The notes under the pieces: generated by a model
Seen by the model: the letters and a program-made list of their open reading frames with translations, nothing else
Databases searched by the model: none
Told to the model about the DNA's origin: nothing
NCBI GenBank assembly: GCA_003156805.1
Contig: PMHV01000006.1
Coordinates: 84,666-148,665 of the forward strand
From: Acidobacteriaceae bacterium
GTDB taxonomy: Bacteria; Acidobacteriota; Terriglobia; Terriglobales; Acidobacteriaceae
Direction: 5' to 3'
Length of the DNA stretch: 64,000 nt
Translations under genes and position numbers: made by a program
In this document: positions 1-8,262 of the stretch, one piece after another
How the letters are laid out: every line of letters begins with the position of its first letter
Position numbering within the stretch: the first letter of the stretch is position 1

Positions 1-1270
1 GCCGCTTCCTGGAACTCTCGGGGTGCCGATCTCGGGTGTTCGCCTGTGGGATACGCAGACTTCGTGGGCGACGACCAACACATCGAGCGGTAATTTCAAC
101 TGGATGAATCTGGATTTTCGTGTCAACCAGGCGCTGAACGCCAACCTGGATGTGCTGTATGAACTTGGCCGAACCCCCGCCTGGGCACAGTGCGCCAGCA
201 GTGACGCCACCTGCGGCTCCGGTAATACCACAATTACCTGCGCATATACCACGACTCCGGGCGACTCTACCCCCGGTGATTGCTTTCCGCCGAGCGACTT
301 GAACGTGGACGGCAGCGGCTCCGACCAGGCCTGGATCAACTGGGTGACGGCGGTCGCCACACGGTACAAAGGGCAGATCGCTTATTACGAAATCTGGAAC
401 GAGCCCAACATCAGCCAGATGTGGCAGGGAACCGACGCTCAACTGGTGCGCATGGCAGCCGATGCCCGCTGCATCATCATTGGCGATAAAGGATGCAATT
501 CGCAGAGCACCTACACGCAGACCGGAATCGATACTTCCGCGAAGATGATCACTCCCGCTTTCACCTATCCGGTGAATGATATTGGCGTTTACCTGACTAC
601 TGTTCTCAATGGAGGTAGCGGCACTGGCAGTTCCTTTGCCGATGTCGTTGCCTTTCACGGTTACCCAGGCGCCAACAATCCTCCGGAGAACGTGTTAGGA
701 ATTTACAACAGCTTGCTCGGCGTGATGAGCGGGTCCCAGCCAGTGTTCGATACGGAGGGAAGTTGGGGTGAGAATGCCGGCGGCGCTTCGCTTCTTACCG
801 ACCCCGACCAACAGGCAGCCTTCACCTCGCGCTATCTCATCGTTCAGGAGTCGGCTGGCATCGTCCGCCTTTACTGGTATGCCTGGGATCTTTACGCGAC
901 CGATGATGGGGACCTGTGGGCGCCGGCCGGCAATAGCCTGGCGGTCAATAATTCAGGATTGACGGAGGCTGGTGTCTCTTATCAGCAGACCGAGAGCTGG
1001 CTTTCGGGCGCAACTCCGATGGCGCAGTGCTCCGAAAACGGCACCGTCTGGACCTGTGGCTACACGCGCTCTGGGAGCTATCAGGCGCTGGCGGTCTGGG
1101 ACGAGTCTCAAACCTGCAGTAACGGCACCTGCGGCACTTCCACTTTCACCGTGCCTTCGTCGCAGTACACGCAGTATCAGGACGTGGCCGGCAACACTCA
1201 TGCGATCAACGGCGGCACGGTGCCGATTGGTGCCAAGCCCATCCTTCTGGAAACGGGCAACATTCCCTAG
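1..1270 (+). CDS. Secreted glycoside-hydrolase-like protein (clan GH-A TIM-barrel-like); 5' end probably truncated by the window edge
   Basis: The frame stays open upstream of the GTG at 23 to the window edge. It carries YYEIWNEPN (NEP acid/base-type motif) and FDTEGSWG (TE nucleophile-type motif). It aligns clearly with the C-terminal domain of ORF 1514..3967 (WDT..W, LDVLYELGRTPAWAQC, RLYWYAWD, YQALAVWD). Confidence 0.6.
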   Translation, partial: PLPGTLGVPISGVRLWDTQTSWATTNTSSGNFNWMNLDFRVNQALNANLDVLYELGRTPAWAQCASSDATCGSGNTTITCAYTTTPGDSTPGDCFPPSDLNVDGSGSDQAWINWVTAVATRYKGQIAYYEIWNEPNISQMWQGTDAQLVRMAADARCIIIGDKGCNSQSTYTQTGIDTSAKMITPAFTYPVNDIGVYLTTVLNGGSGTGSSFADVVAFHGYPGANNPPENVLGIYNSLLGVMSGSQPVFDTEGSWGENAGGASLLTDPDQQAAFTSRYLIVQESAGIVRLYWYAWDLYATDDGDLWAPAGNSLAVNNSGLTEAGVSYQQTESWLSGATPMAQCSENGTVWTCGYTRSGSYQALAVWDESQTCSNGTCGTSTFTVPSSQYTQYQDVAGNTHAINGGTVPIGAKPILLETGNIP

Positions 1271-1513
1271 CGGGCAGCCTCATAAGCGAACTGATCAGGC
1301 GAACTGAAGCACGCCGGATGGCGACTTGTTTTCCCGAAACGAAAACCATCCGACCGGCTTTTCCCTTCGGCCACCCGTTCGCGGCCTTCACAACCCATAG
1401 ACCGCTGTCCTTTCAGCGTTGCTCTCTTGCACTTTCGGCACCTAGCCTCACTGCTCCGCCCTGCCTAGAGTGAATACAGACCACCGAACAATTCGATTCC
1501 TTAAAGGATTGAC

Positions 1514-3967
1514 ATGTCCCCCATGACCTTTCCGCCGGTCTCGCTCCAACGCGCCCACTTCAACCTTCCAACCCTCTCATCTTCATCCAAGCCTTACATC
1601 GTCGAAGTCTTAACATTTCTGATCGTTCTGGTTTTCGCCGCAAGCGCCAGTTCGGCTGCCACGGTGCGGGTGTCGGTTTCCCCGGGCAAAGCCAGCGTTG
1701 AGTCGGCCGAGGCCGAGCAATTCAGCGCGACGGTGAGCGGCGGTGGCGATTCCGCAGTCAAGTGGTCGACCACGCAAGGCAAGGTCTCAAGCGGCGGCTT
1801 GTTCACGGCTCCCGCCGTAAAGACCGATATCACAGTTTCGGTGACGGCGACCAGCATCGCCGACCCAACCAAGTCAGCGACCGCGGAGGTAACCGTGACT
1901 CCTCCGGTCGCGGTTTCGATCACTCCCACCAGTGCGACCGTGAACTCACTGGATAATCAGTCCTTCAAGGCGACGGTCACCAATACCAACAAATTGGGAG
2001 TGACGTGGTCGGCATCGCTGGGCACGATTTCGAGTTCGGGCGTTTTTACGGCGCCCTCCGTGAAGACAGGCACCACAGTATCAGTGACGGCGACCAGTGT
2101 TGCCGACCCTACAAAATCAGCTTCGGCTGAAGTAACCGTGAATCCTCCCGTCAGCGTTGCCGTCACTCCCACGAGTGCGAGCGTAAGCTCATCTGCTACC
2201 CAGCAGCTCACGGCCACGGTGAGCAACACCGGAGATACCGGGGTTACGTGGAAGGTTTCGGCGGGACAGGTTTCCAGCGGCGGACTTTTTACCGCGCCCG
2301 ACGTGCATTCAACTACGACATCGGTGGTGACCGCGACCAGTCAGGCGGACCGCACGAAATCGTCAACCGCAACCATCACGGTTATGCCCCTGGCCACTCT
2401 GGCGATCACCACCAGCAGTCTGCCCGCGGCGGTAGCCGGGACGCAGTACAGTACAACATTAGCGGCCACGGGCGGAACGCCTCCCTATAGTTGGTCGGTT
2501 TCTTCGCAGTGGGGATCGCTTCCCAGCGGAATCGCTCTCAGCGACAACGGCGTACTTTCCGGTACGACGCAAGATACGGGCGCATTCACGGCTTACATCA
2601 ACGTCACCGATTCAGCCCGCTATCCTCAGAAGGGGACAGCGACACTTGTCTTGACGGTGAACCTGAATACTGCCGGAAACAGCGTGCCTGCAACGATGTT
2701 TAACATTCACATCAATCGCGCCAATACTCCGTGGCCCAGTTCGCCGGTTGCGGGCCAGAGATTTTGGGATACGGGGGTCACCTGGGGCTTGATCAACACA
2801 GGCTTAGGTGTCTATGACTGGACCCTTCTTGACCAGCGGCTTGCTGAAGCGCAAGCGAATAACGCAGATGTGCTTTATGACTTGAGCATGACTCCGGTGT
2901 GGGCGCAGTGCGGACCGGGCACGTCTTCGCCTTGCCACCAGACGCCGGGATGCGCTTACGACAATACTTCCTACGGCGGCGGCAACGGCCAGTGTTACTG
3001 GCCTGCCGACCTCAATAGCGACGGCACTGGAACTGACCAATACTGGAAAGATTGGGTCACCGCGGTTGCGACGCATAGCGTGAACAGCGCCAGTGGCCAC
3101 ATCAAGTATTACGAGATATGGAACGAGCCGAATGAAACGGGGTTCTGGCGCGGCACCACGGCTCAGTTGGTGCGCCTGGCTCAGGATGCCGCTTGTATCA
3201 TTAAGGGCACAGGCACGGGCTGCACCAATACGGCGATTGATCCAGATGCCCTGATGGTTACTCCAGCGCCCACACTGGGCGGAGACGCGATCAACACCTG
3301 GATGTTGGGCTACATGGCAGGTGGCGGCGCTCAGTATTCCGATGTGATCGGGTTCCATGGCTACAATATGACCGATGCTGAGAAAATCGTCACCCTGGCC
3401 AGTACGCTCAGGGACGGTGCGCTTACCACCTACAACCAACTGAGCAAGCCCATGTTTGACACCGAATTCAGTTGGGGAGAAGGCGTGTCTTTCCCCGACC
3501 CCAATGAGCAGGCCGGATTCGTTGGCCGGTCGATGCTCTTGCACTGGAGTTCCGGCGTGAGCCGCGTTTACTGGTACGCGTGGGATCTTTCCGGCATCAT
3601 GTGGACTCCAACCAGCACAGTCGGCTGTACGACGACGAATCCGGGAGGGGATGGCTTCATTTGCGAGACCGGCACGGCCTTCACGCAAGTCCAGAGCTGG
3701 ATGGTGGGCGCCACTCTGACCCAGGCCTGCACGGAGGCAGGCACGGTTTATACCTGCGAATTCACCAAGCCTGGAGGGTACCAGGCGCTGGCCGTTTGGG
3801 ACACGTCGCAAAGCTGCAGCAACGGTAAGTGCACGACCTCCACTTTTACGTTCCCGCCGGTGAAGCCGAATTACCTCCACTATCTCAATCTTGCGGGTAC
3901 CAGCACCAACATCAGCGGTCCGACCGTGCCGATCGGATATGAACCGATCCTGCTGGAGAATCAGTAA
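1514..3967 (+). CDS. Secreted multidomain protein: three Ig-like (Big_2-like) modules, a cadherin-like Ig module and a clan GH-A-like hydrolase domain
   Basis: 817-aa ORF with an N-terminal hydrophobic signal/anchor (LTFLIVLVFAASASSAA). It has three tandem ~80-aa Ig-like modules and a TGGTPPYSWSV...LPSGIALSDNGVLSGT module. The C-terminal domain carries YYEIWNEPN and FDTEFSWGE and is paralogous to ORF 1..1270. Confidence 0.65.
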   Translation: MSPMTFPPVSLQRAHFNLPTLSSSSKPYIVEVLTFLIVLVFAASASSAATVRVSVSPGKASVESAEAEQFSATVSGGGDSAVKWSTTQGKVSSGGLFTAPAVKTDITVSVTATSIADPTKSATAEVTVTPPVAVSITPTSATVNSLDNQSFKATVTNTNKLGVTWSASLGTISSSGVFTAPSVKTGTTVSVTATSVADPTKSASAEVTVNPPVSVAVTPTSASVSSSATQQLTATVSNTGDTGVTWKVSAGQVSSGGLFTAPDVHSTTTSVVTATSQADRTKSSTATITVMPLATLAITTSSLPAAVAGTQYSTTLAATGGTPPYSWSVSSQWGSLPSGIALSDNGVLSGTTQDTGAFTAYINVTDSARYPQKGTATLVLTVNLNTAGNSVPATMFNIHINRANTPWPSSPVAGQRFWDTGVTWGLINTGLGVYDWTLLDQRLAEAQANNADVLYDLSMTPVWAQCGPGTSSPCHQTPGCAYDNTSYGGGNGQCYWPADLNSDGTGTDQYWKDWVTAVATHSVNSASGHIKYYEIWNEPNETGFWRGTTAQLVRLAQDAACIIKGTGTGCTNTAIDPDALMVTPAPTLGGDAINTWMLGYMAGGGAQYSDVIGFHGYNMTDAEKIVTLASTLRDGALTTYNQLSKPMFDTEFSWGEGVSFPDPNEQAGFVGRSMLLHWSSGVSRVYWYAWDLSGIMWTPTSTVGCTTTNPGGDGFICETGTAFTQVQSWMVGATLTQACTEAGTVYTCEFTKPGGYQALAVWDTSQSCSNGKCTTSTFTFPPVKPNYLHYLNLAGTSTNISGPTVPIGYEPILLENQ
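1664..2386 (+). repeat. Three in-frame tandem ~240-bp coding repeats (Ig-like modules) inside CDS 1514..3967
   Basis: The peptide pattern V.V.P..A.V.......F.ATV......V.WS...G..SS.G.FTAP.V.T.T.VSVTATS.ADPTKSA.AEVTV.PP occurs three times in a row (aa ~51-130, 131-211, 212-291). Confidence 0.8.
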
Positions 3968-4007
3968 TCACCCTGTTGACTTTCCAAAACTCACGATCAC
4001 CGACCAC

Positions 4008-4037
4008 ACTCAGCGCGTCACCGCGCTGAGTTTTTTT
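4008..4037 (+). terminator. Rho-independent terminator after CDS 1514..3967
   Basis: Perfect 10-bp stem ACTCAGCGCG / CGCGCTGAGT with a 4-nt loop (TCAC), followed directly by TTTTTTT. Confidence 0.85.
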
Positions 4038-4122
4038 CGAGGTCGCAGGCAAGCGTTGCAAGAACAGGTTGCGCGTCCTGCTTCATCACTGTCAAACTGT
4101 CCGCTGATACAGGAGAAAAAGA

Positions 4123-5115
4123 GTGCGCGTGACGGCTAGAGTCGCTCGAATCCATTTTGCGTTCTTGTTGTTCGCCAGCAGTGTATGGGCGCAGTCATTT
4201 GTCGCCAAACCCCTGAACGATCTGGGGGCGGATAAGTACAAAGGCTTTCAAGGCGGGCTGTACGAAAAAGGCGGCAACAAGGTTCCGGCCGACCACAACG
4301 CCGCCGGTCTGGCTCTGGCAGCCGAAGTGAAACCGGTTCGCGGAAAATTCGTCCTGCTCTCCATTGGGATGAGCAATGCCGCGCAGGAGTTTTCCGCTTT
4401 CAAGCAGATGGCGGATGAAGACAATCGCGTGAACCATGCCTCCATGGTCGTGATCAACGGCGCGGAAGGCGCCATTACCGCCTGTGCCTGGACGAGCGCG
4501 AAAGACACGCCTCAGGAGCACGGCTGCAACATGCCTCGCTTCCTGCCGAATCAGTACGACCGCATCCGCGACGACCTGCTCAAACCTGCGGGCTTGGCCG
4601 AAGACCAGGTCGAAGTCATCTGGATGAAGAACGCCGATCCGCGTCCCAGCGTTGCGTTGCCGTCAAAAGACGCGGAGGCTTATAACTACGAGCGCTATAT
4701 CGGCGACATGGCGCGAGCGGCGCGGTCGCGCTACCCCAACCTGAAGCTGATGTTTATTGCCAGCCGTATTTACGCAGGATACGCGACAACGCCGCTGAAT
4801 CCGGAGCCCTATGCCTACGAATATGGGTTCTCCGTGAAGTGGGCGATCCAGGCACAGATCGACCAGATGCGGGGAGGAACAGCCGACGCGATCGCGGGCG
4901 ATCTCGATTACAAGAAAGGGCTCGCCCCGTGGATAGCGTGGGGCCCGTATCTTTGGGCCGTCGGAACGACGCCGCGCTCTGACGGACTGACTTGGGATCG
5001 CTCAGAGTTCATGCCGGACGGAACCCATCCCAATCCGCAGGGAAGAGAAAAAGTTGCGCAGCAGTTGATGAATTTCTTTCTTAATTCACCGTATGCGAAG
5101 TGGTTCAAGAAATAA
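4123..5115 (+). CDS. Secreted SGNH/GDSL-like hydrolase (putative carbohydrate esterase)
   Basis: Signal peptide (FAFLLFASSVWAQS). It has a block-I-like LLSIGMSN (G-x-S-N, candidate Ser nucleophile) and a C-terminal D-G-T-H-P (DxxH catalytic dyad pattern). It lies next to the hydrolase-like genes. Family assignment is from motifs only. Confidence 0.45.
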   Translation: MRVTARVARIHFAFLLFASSVWAQSFVAKPLNDLGADKYKGFQGGLYEKGGNKVPADHNAAGLALAAEVKPVRGKFVLLSIGMSNAAQEFSAFKQMADEDNRVNHASMVVINGAEGAITACAWTSAKDTPQEHGCNMPRFLPNQYDRIRDDLLKPAGLAEDQVEVIWMKNADPRPSVALPSKDAEAYNYERYIGDMARAARSRYPNLKLMFIASRIYAGYATTPLNPEPYAYEYGFSVKWAIQAQIDQMRGGTADAIAGDLDYKKGLAPWIAWGPYLWAVGTTPRSDGLTWDRSEFMPDGTHPNPQGREKVAQQLMNFFLNSPYAKWFKK

Positions 5116-5159
5116 CCTCGACATCGCTTTTTGATCTGCCCGGTTGTGTTCTCCGTGAC

Positions 5160-5987
5160 TCAACTCGAGTACGCCAATTCCTTTGCCCGCTGCGCAGCCT
5201 TGACCACGGCTTTGATCAGCGTGACTCGCAACTTGCCTTCCTCCAATTCCAGGATGCCATCGATGGTGCAACCAGCGGGCGTTGTGACCGCATCTTTAAG
5301 AAGCGCGGGGTGGTCGCCGGTTTCAAGCACCACCGTGGCTGCACCCAGTGTGGTTTGTGCGGCCAGTAGGGTGGCGACATCGCGCGGCAATCCTACCTTC
5401 ACGCCTGCCTCGGCCAGCGATTCCAGAATGATGTAGATGTAGGCCGGTCCGCTGCCAGAGAGGGCGGTGACTGCGTCCATGTGTTTTTCGTCAACCGCTA
5501 CGGTGCGCCCTCCCACCTTGAATAATGCGCTGGCCGCTTCAAGATGTTCGACCGATGCGTACTTGCCCCGGCAAAGAGCAGTGATGCCAACACCCAACAG
5601 GCAGGGAGTATTGGGCATGGCCCGTATCACCGGCACATTCAATCCGAGAGCTTGCTCGATGAGGCTGGTTGGCACCGATGCCGCCACGGAAATAAATAAC
5701 TGCTTGGTCGTGGCCACCGAGCGAACCTGCTCCATCACCTCTTTTACAATCTGCGGCTTGAGTCCGATTAGAATAATGTCGGCATTGCGCACCGCGGCTA
5801 CATTGTCCGTTCCCACGGCAACTCCCAGTTTTTGACTGAGATCCTTAGCTCTTTCTTCGTGTTGCACGGTGGCGGCGATTGACGAGGGAAGCAGCAGACC
5901 TTTTTCCAGCAGCGCCTTGAGCAAAATGCCTCCCATTTTGCCCGCGCCCAGCACCGCCACTCGCTTGCCCGACAGATCGAACCCCAT
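5160..5987 (-). CDS. proC: Pyrroline-5-carboxylate reductase
   Basis: N-terminal Rossmann motif RVAVLGAGKMGG and full-length resemblance to ProC (…IILIGLKPQ…, C-terminal dimerisation domain TTPAGCTIDGILELE). I chose the start at the second ATG (5987) because GGAGG lies 8 nt upstream. The ORF itself extends to 6002. Confidence 0.9.
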   Translation of the reverse strand: MGFDLSGKRVAVLGAGKMGGILLKALLEKGLLLPSSIAATVQHEERAKDLSQKLGVAVGTDNVAAVRNADIILIGLKPQIVKEVMEQVRSVATTKQLFISVAASVPTSLIEQALGLNVPVIRAMPNTPCLLGVGITALCRGKYASVEHLEAASALFKVGGRTVAVDEKHMDAVTALSGSGPAYIYIILESLAEAGVKVGLPRDVATLLAAQTTLGAATVVLETGDHPALLKDAVTTPAGCTIDGILELEEGKLRVTLIKAVVKAAQRAKELAYSS

Positions 5988-6014
5988 GCTCGTAGCCTCC
6001 ATTTGAGAATCGCT

Positions 6015-6995
6015 CTATTTGCGGAGCGCCCTTGCCGAACTACTCTGCATCCACTTCCATGCCGTCGAAACGATCTGGTCGAGAGACAGCTCCGCCTTCC
6101 AGTGCAGCAATTGCTCGGCCCGGCTCGGATCGGCAACCAGCGCCGGCGGATCGCCCGCCCGGCGGGGTGCAATGAACTTGGGAACCGGCTTGCCGGTTAC
6201 CTTCTCGACAGCGTCCAAAATCTCCTTGACCGATGTACCGCGTCCGGTGCCCAGGTTTATAGCGATCGAACTTCCACCCGCCTCGAGGTGCTGCAACGCC
6301 AGCACATGCGCTTCCGCCAGGTCGTTGACGTGAATGTAATCGCGTACGCAAGTGCCGTCCGGCGTGGGATAGTCGGTGCCGAAAACTTCCAGTTGTGGCC
6401 TCATCCCCACGACGGCTTCAAACGCAGCCGGAATAAGGTGAGTTTCCGGCTCGTGCATCTCACCGATTTCGCCGGATTCGTCGGCTCCGGCCGCATTGAA
6501 GTAACGCAGACTGGCAAAACGCAGGCCGTATGCCTGATCGTACGCTTCCAAAGCGCGTTCGAAAACGAGCTTGGTGACGCCGTAAGGATTCACCGGCAGC
6601 CGCGGATTATCTTCCGTAATAGGAACCTTCACCGGAACCCCATACACGGCGCAGGTTGAAGAGAAAATGAATTTCTGCACTCCGCAATCGATGCACGCGT
6701 TCAACAGCGCAAGGCCGGCTTCGACGTTGTTGCGGAAGTATTTTCTAGGGTTTTCTACTGACTCGCCAACGTACGCATGGGCGGCAAAATGCATGACGGC
6801 ATCCACGCGCCGCAATGAAGAGGTGAGCATCCGCGTATCGGCGATGTCGCCTTGGATTAATTCAAATCCCGCGGCCAGCCCGGCATAGCCCGTGCTCAAG
6901 TTGTCATAAATCACCACTTCATGCCCGTGGCGCCGTAACCCACGAGCGGCATGGCTTCCAATGTATCCTGCACCACCAACTACCAGAACCCTCAA
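6015..6995 (-). CDS. galE: UDP-glucose 4-epimerase
   Basis: MRVLVVGGAGYIGSH (GxxGxxG), the YDNLSTG motif, the S..Y...K short-chain dehydrogenase pattern (SSTCAVYG, NPYGVTK) and a length of 326 aa. Confidence 0.9.
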   Translation of the reverse strand: MRVLVVGGAGYIGSHAARGLRRHGHEVVIYDNLSTGYAGLAAGFELIQGDIADTRMLTSSLRRVDAVMHFAAHAYVGESVENPRKYFRNNVEAGLALLNACIDCGVQKFIFSSTCAVYGVPVKVPITEDNPRLPVNPYGVTKLVFERALEAYDQAYGLRFASLRYFNAAGADESGEIGEMHEPETHLIPAAFEAVVGMRPQLEVFGTDYPTPDGTCVRDYIHVNDLAEAHVLALQHLEAGGSSIAINLGTGRGTSVKEILDAVEKVTGKPVPKFIAPRRAGDPPALVADPSRAEQLLHWKAELSLDQIVSTAWKWMQSSSARALRK

Positions 6996-7293
6996 CGTTT
7001 CTGCCTCCCTGTAAGTGCTCGCCCTGCGAAATGTCTGATCAACGGTAATGCGACGAATGCTCGACAGAGGAGTCTATCAAAACGACCGCGCAAAAGCGGA
7101 TGGGCACGACTCCATGCGCTTCACTTTCCCCGTGCGCGGGATTTCGTCGTGGCATCCTCATTTCCCCAGAGTGTATTCCTTAGGCACCGGCCCCCCAATC
7201 TTGTTTGCCAGCAAAGGCGATTTTGAAGGAAGATTGAAAACGAAGACTAAAAGCCAGGAACAGAAAATTCACCAGTTGAGGACCGATTTCCCG

Positions 7294-8154
7294 ATGCGCT
7301 TCATTGTACGAAATATGTTGTTAGGTTGTGCCGGAGCGGTTGTGATGCTCACTTCGGCATATTCCCAGGAGCCACCGCTCAGGTGTCCTTCTCCAAAGAA
7401 TGAGCCGGTGACAGGAAAATACGCCGGCTACACGGTGCGTCTGGCGCCGGTCTCAGAGCGCGGATATCGCTGCCAGGCGATGGTGAAGACTCCGGTGAGC
7501 AAGAGTCCCACGGGGAAGACGGTAGCCCGGGACTGGGCTCTTTCGATCGATCCGCTCTCGGGCACCGATGTAAACGGCGACGGAAAGCCGGAACTGATTG
7601 TGCAGGGCTTCTCCGGGGGCGCTCATTGTTGCTATGCATATCACATCATTCGTTTGAGCCCGGGACTGCCTCTTGTGCTCCTGATTGCCAATCAGGTCCC
7701 GATATCTTTCGCGAAGCGGAAGGAGGGAGGGATCGAGCTTCGCACTGGAGACGGCGTCTTCGACTATTTTCTGGTCTCTCAGGACAATGCCGTAATCCCT
7801 CAATTGTTTCTTCGCCTGGATGGTGATCGGCTGGTCGATGTAAGCGCAGATCACATTGCGGAATACGACAAGCAGATCGACGAAGCCCGCAGCCAACTCA
7901 CCCCGGCTGAACTGGACAAGCTGAAGCACTCGACTTACAGCCAGAACATGCTGCGGGACCAAATGCCGGCCGTGCGAAAGGCGATGACGGTGGTGTTGAA
8001 TTACCTCTACAGCGGCCGTGAAGAGCAAGCCTGGCAAGCGTTGGACGAGATGTGGCCTCCGGCAGACGCTACCAGGGTCAAGCAACTAATTCTGGAGCGC
8101 CGTTCCCGCGGATTGCTCTTCCAGGCCAAGCCGAAAGCCGCGGCTGCGAAGTAA
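7294..8154 (+). CDS. Hypothetical secreted protein
   Basis: I chose the internal start MRFIVRNMLLGCAGAVVMLTSAYSQ because it reads as a signal peptide. The ORF track begins at 7048. It contains an FG-GAP/VCBS-like DVNGDGKPELIV motif. No family was recognised. Confidence 0.5.
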   Translation: MRFIVRNMLLGCAGAVVMLTSAYSQEPPLRCPSPKNEPVTGKYAGYTVRLAPVSERGYRCQAMVKTPVSKSPTGKTVARDWALSIDPLSGTDVNGDGKPELIVQGFSGGAHCCYAYHIIRLSPGLPLVLLIANQVPISFAKRKEGGIELRTGDGVFDYFLVSQDNAVIPQLFLRLDGDRLVDVSADHIAEYDKQIDEARSQLTPAELDKLKHSTYSQNMLRDQMPAVRKAMTVVLNYLYSGREEQAWQALDEMWPPADATRVKQLILERRSRGLLFQAKPKAAAAK

Positions 8155-8262
8155 AGCAAGCTCGGTTAAAACAATCCGGCAAAACGGCAAAACGAATGAG
8201 GGCGGGTGGATATCGCCCTGTGGCGCTTTCCACCCGCCCTGAATCGCTCGCAACCTTAGCGT

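Noticed and set aside
2804-3880. 358-aa minus-strand ORF inside the hydrolase-like gene; similar antisense ORFs at 8647-9501, 10120-11022, 13041-13904, 24276-25121, 26781-27824, 31584-32777 and 35462-36496
   Set aside because: All lie opposite or out of frame to genes with strong domain evidence and show Arg/Gly-rich shadow-ORF composition.
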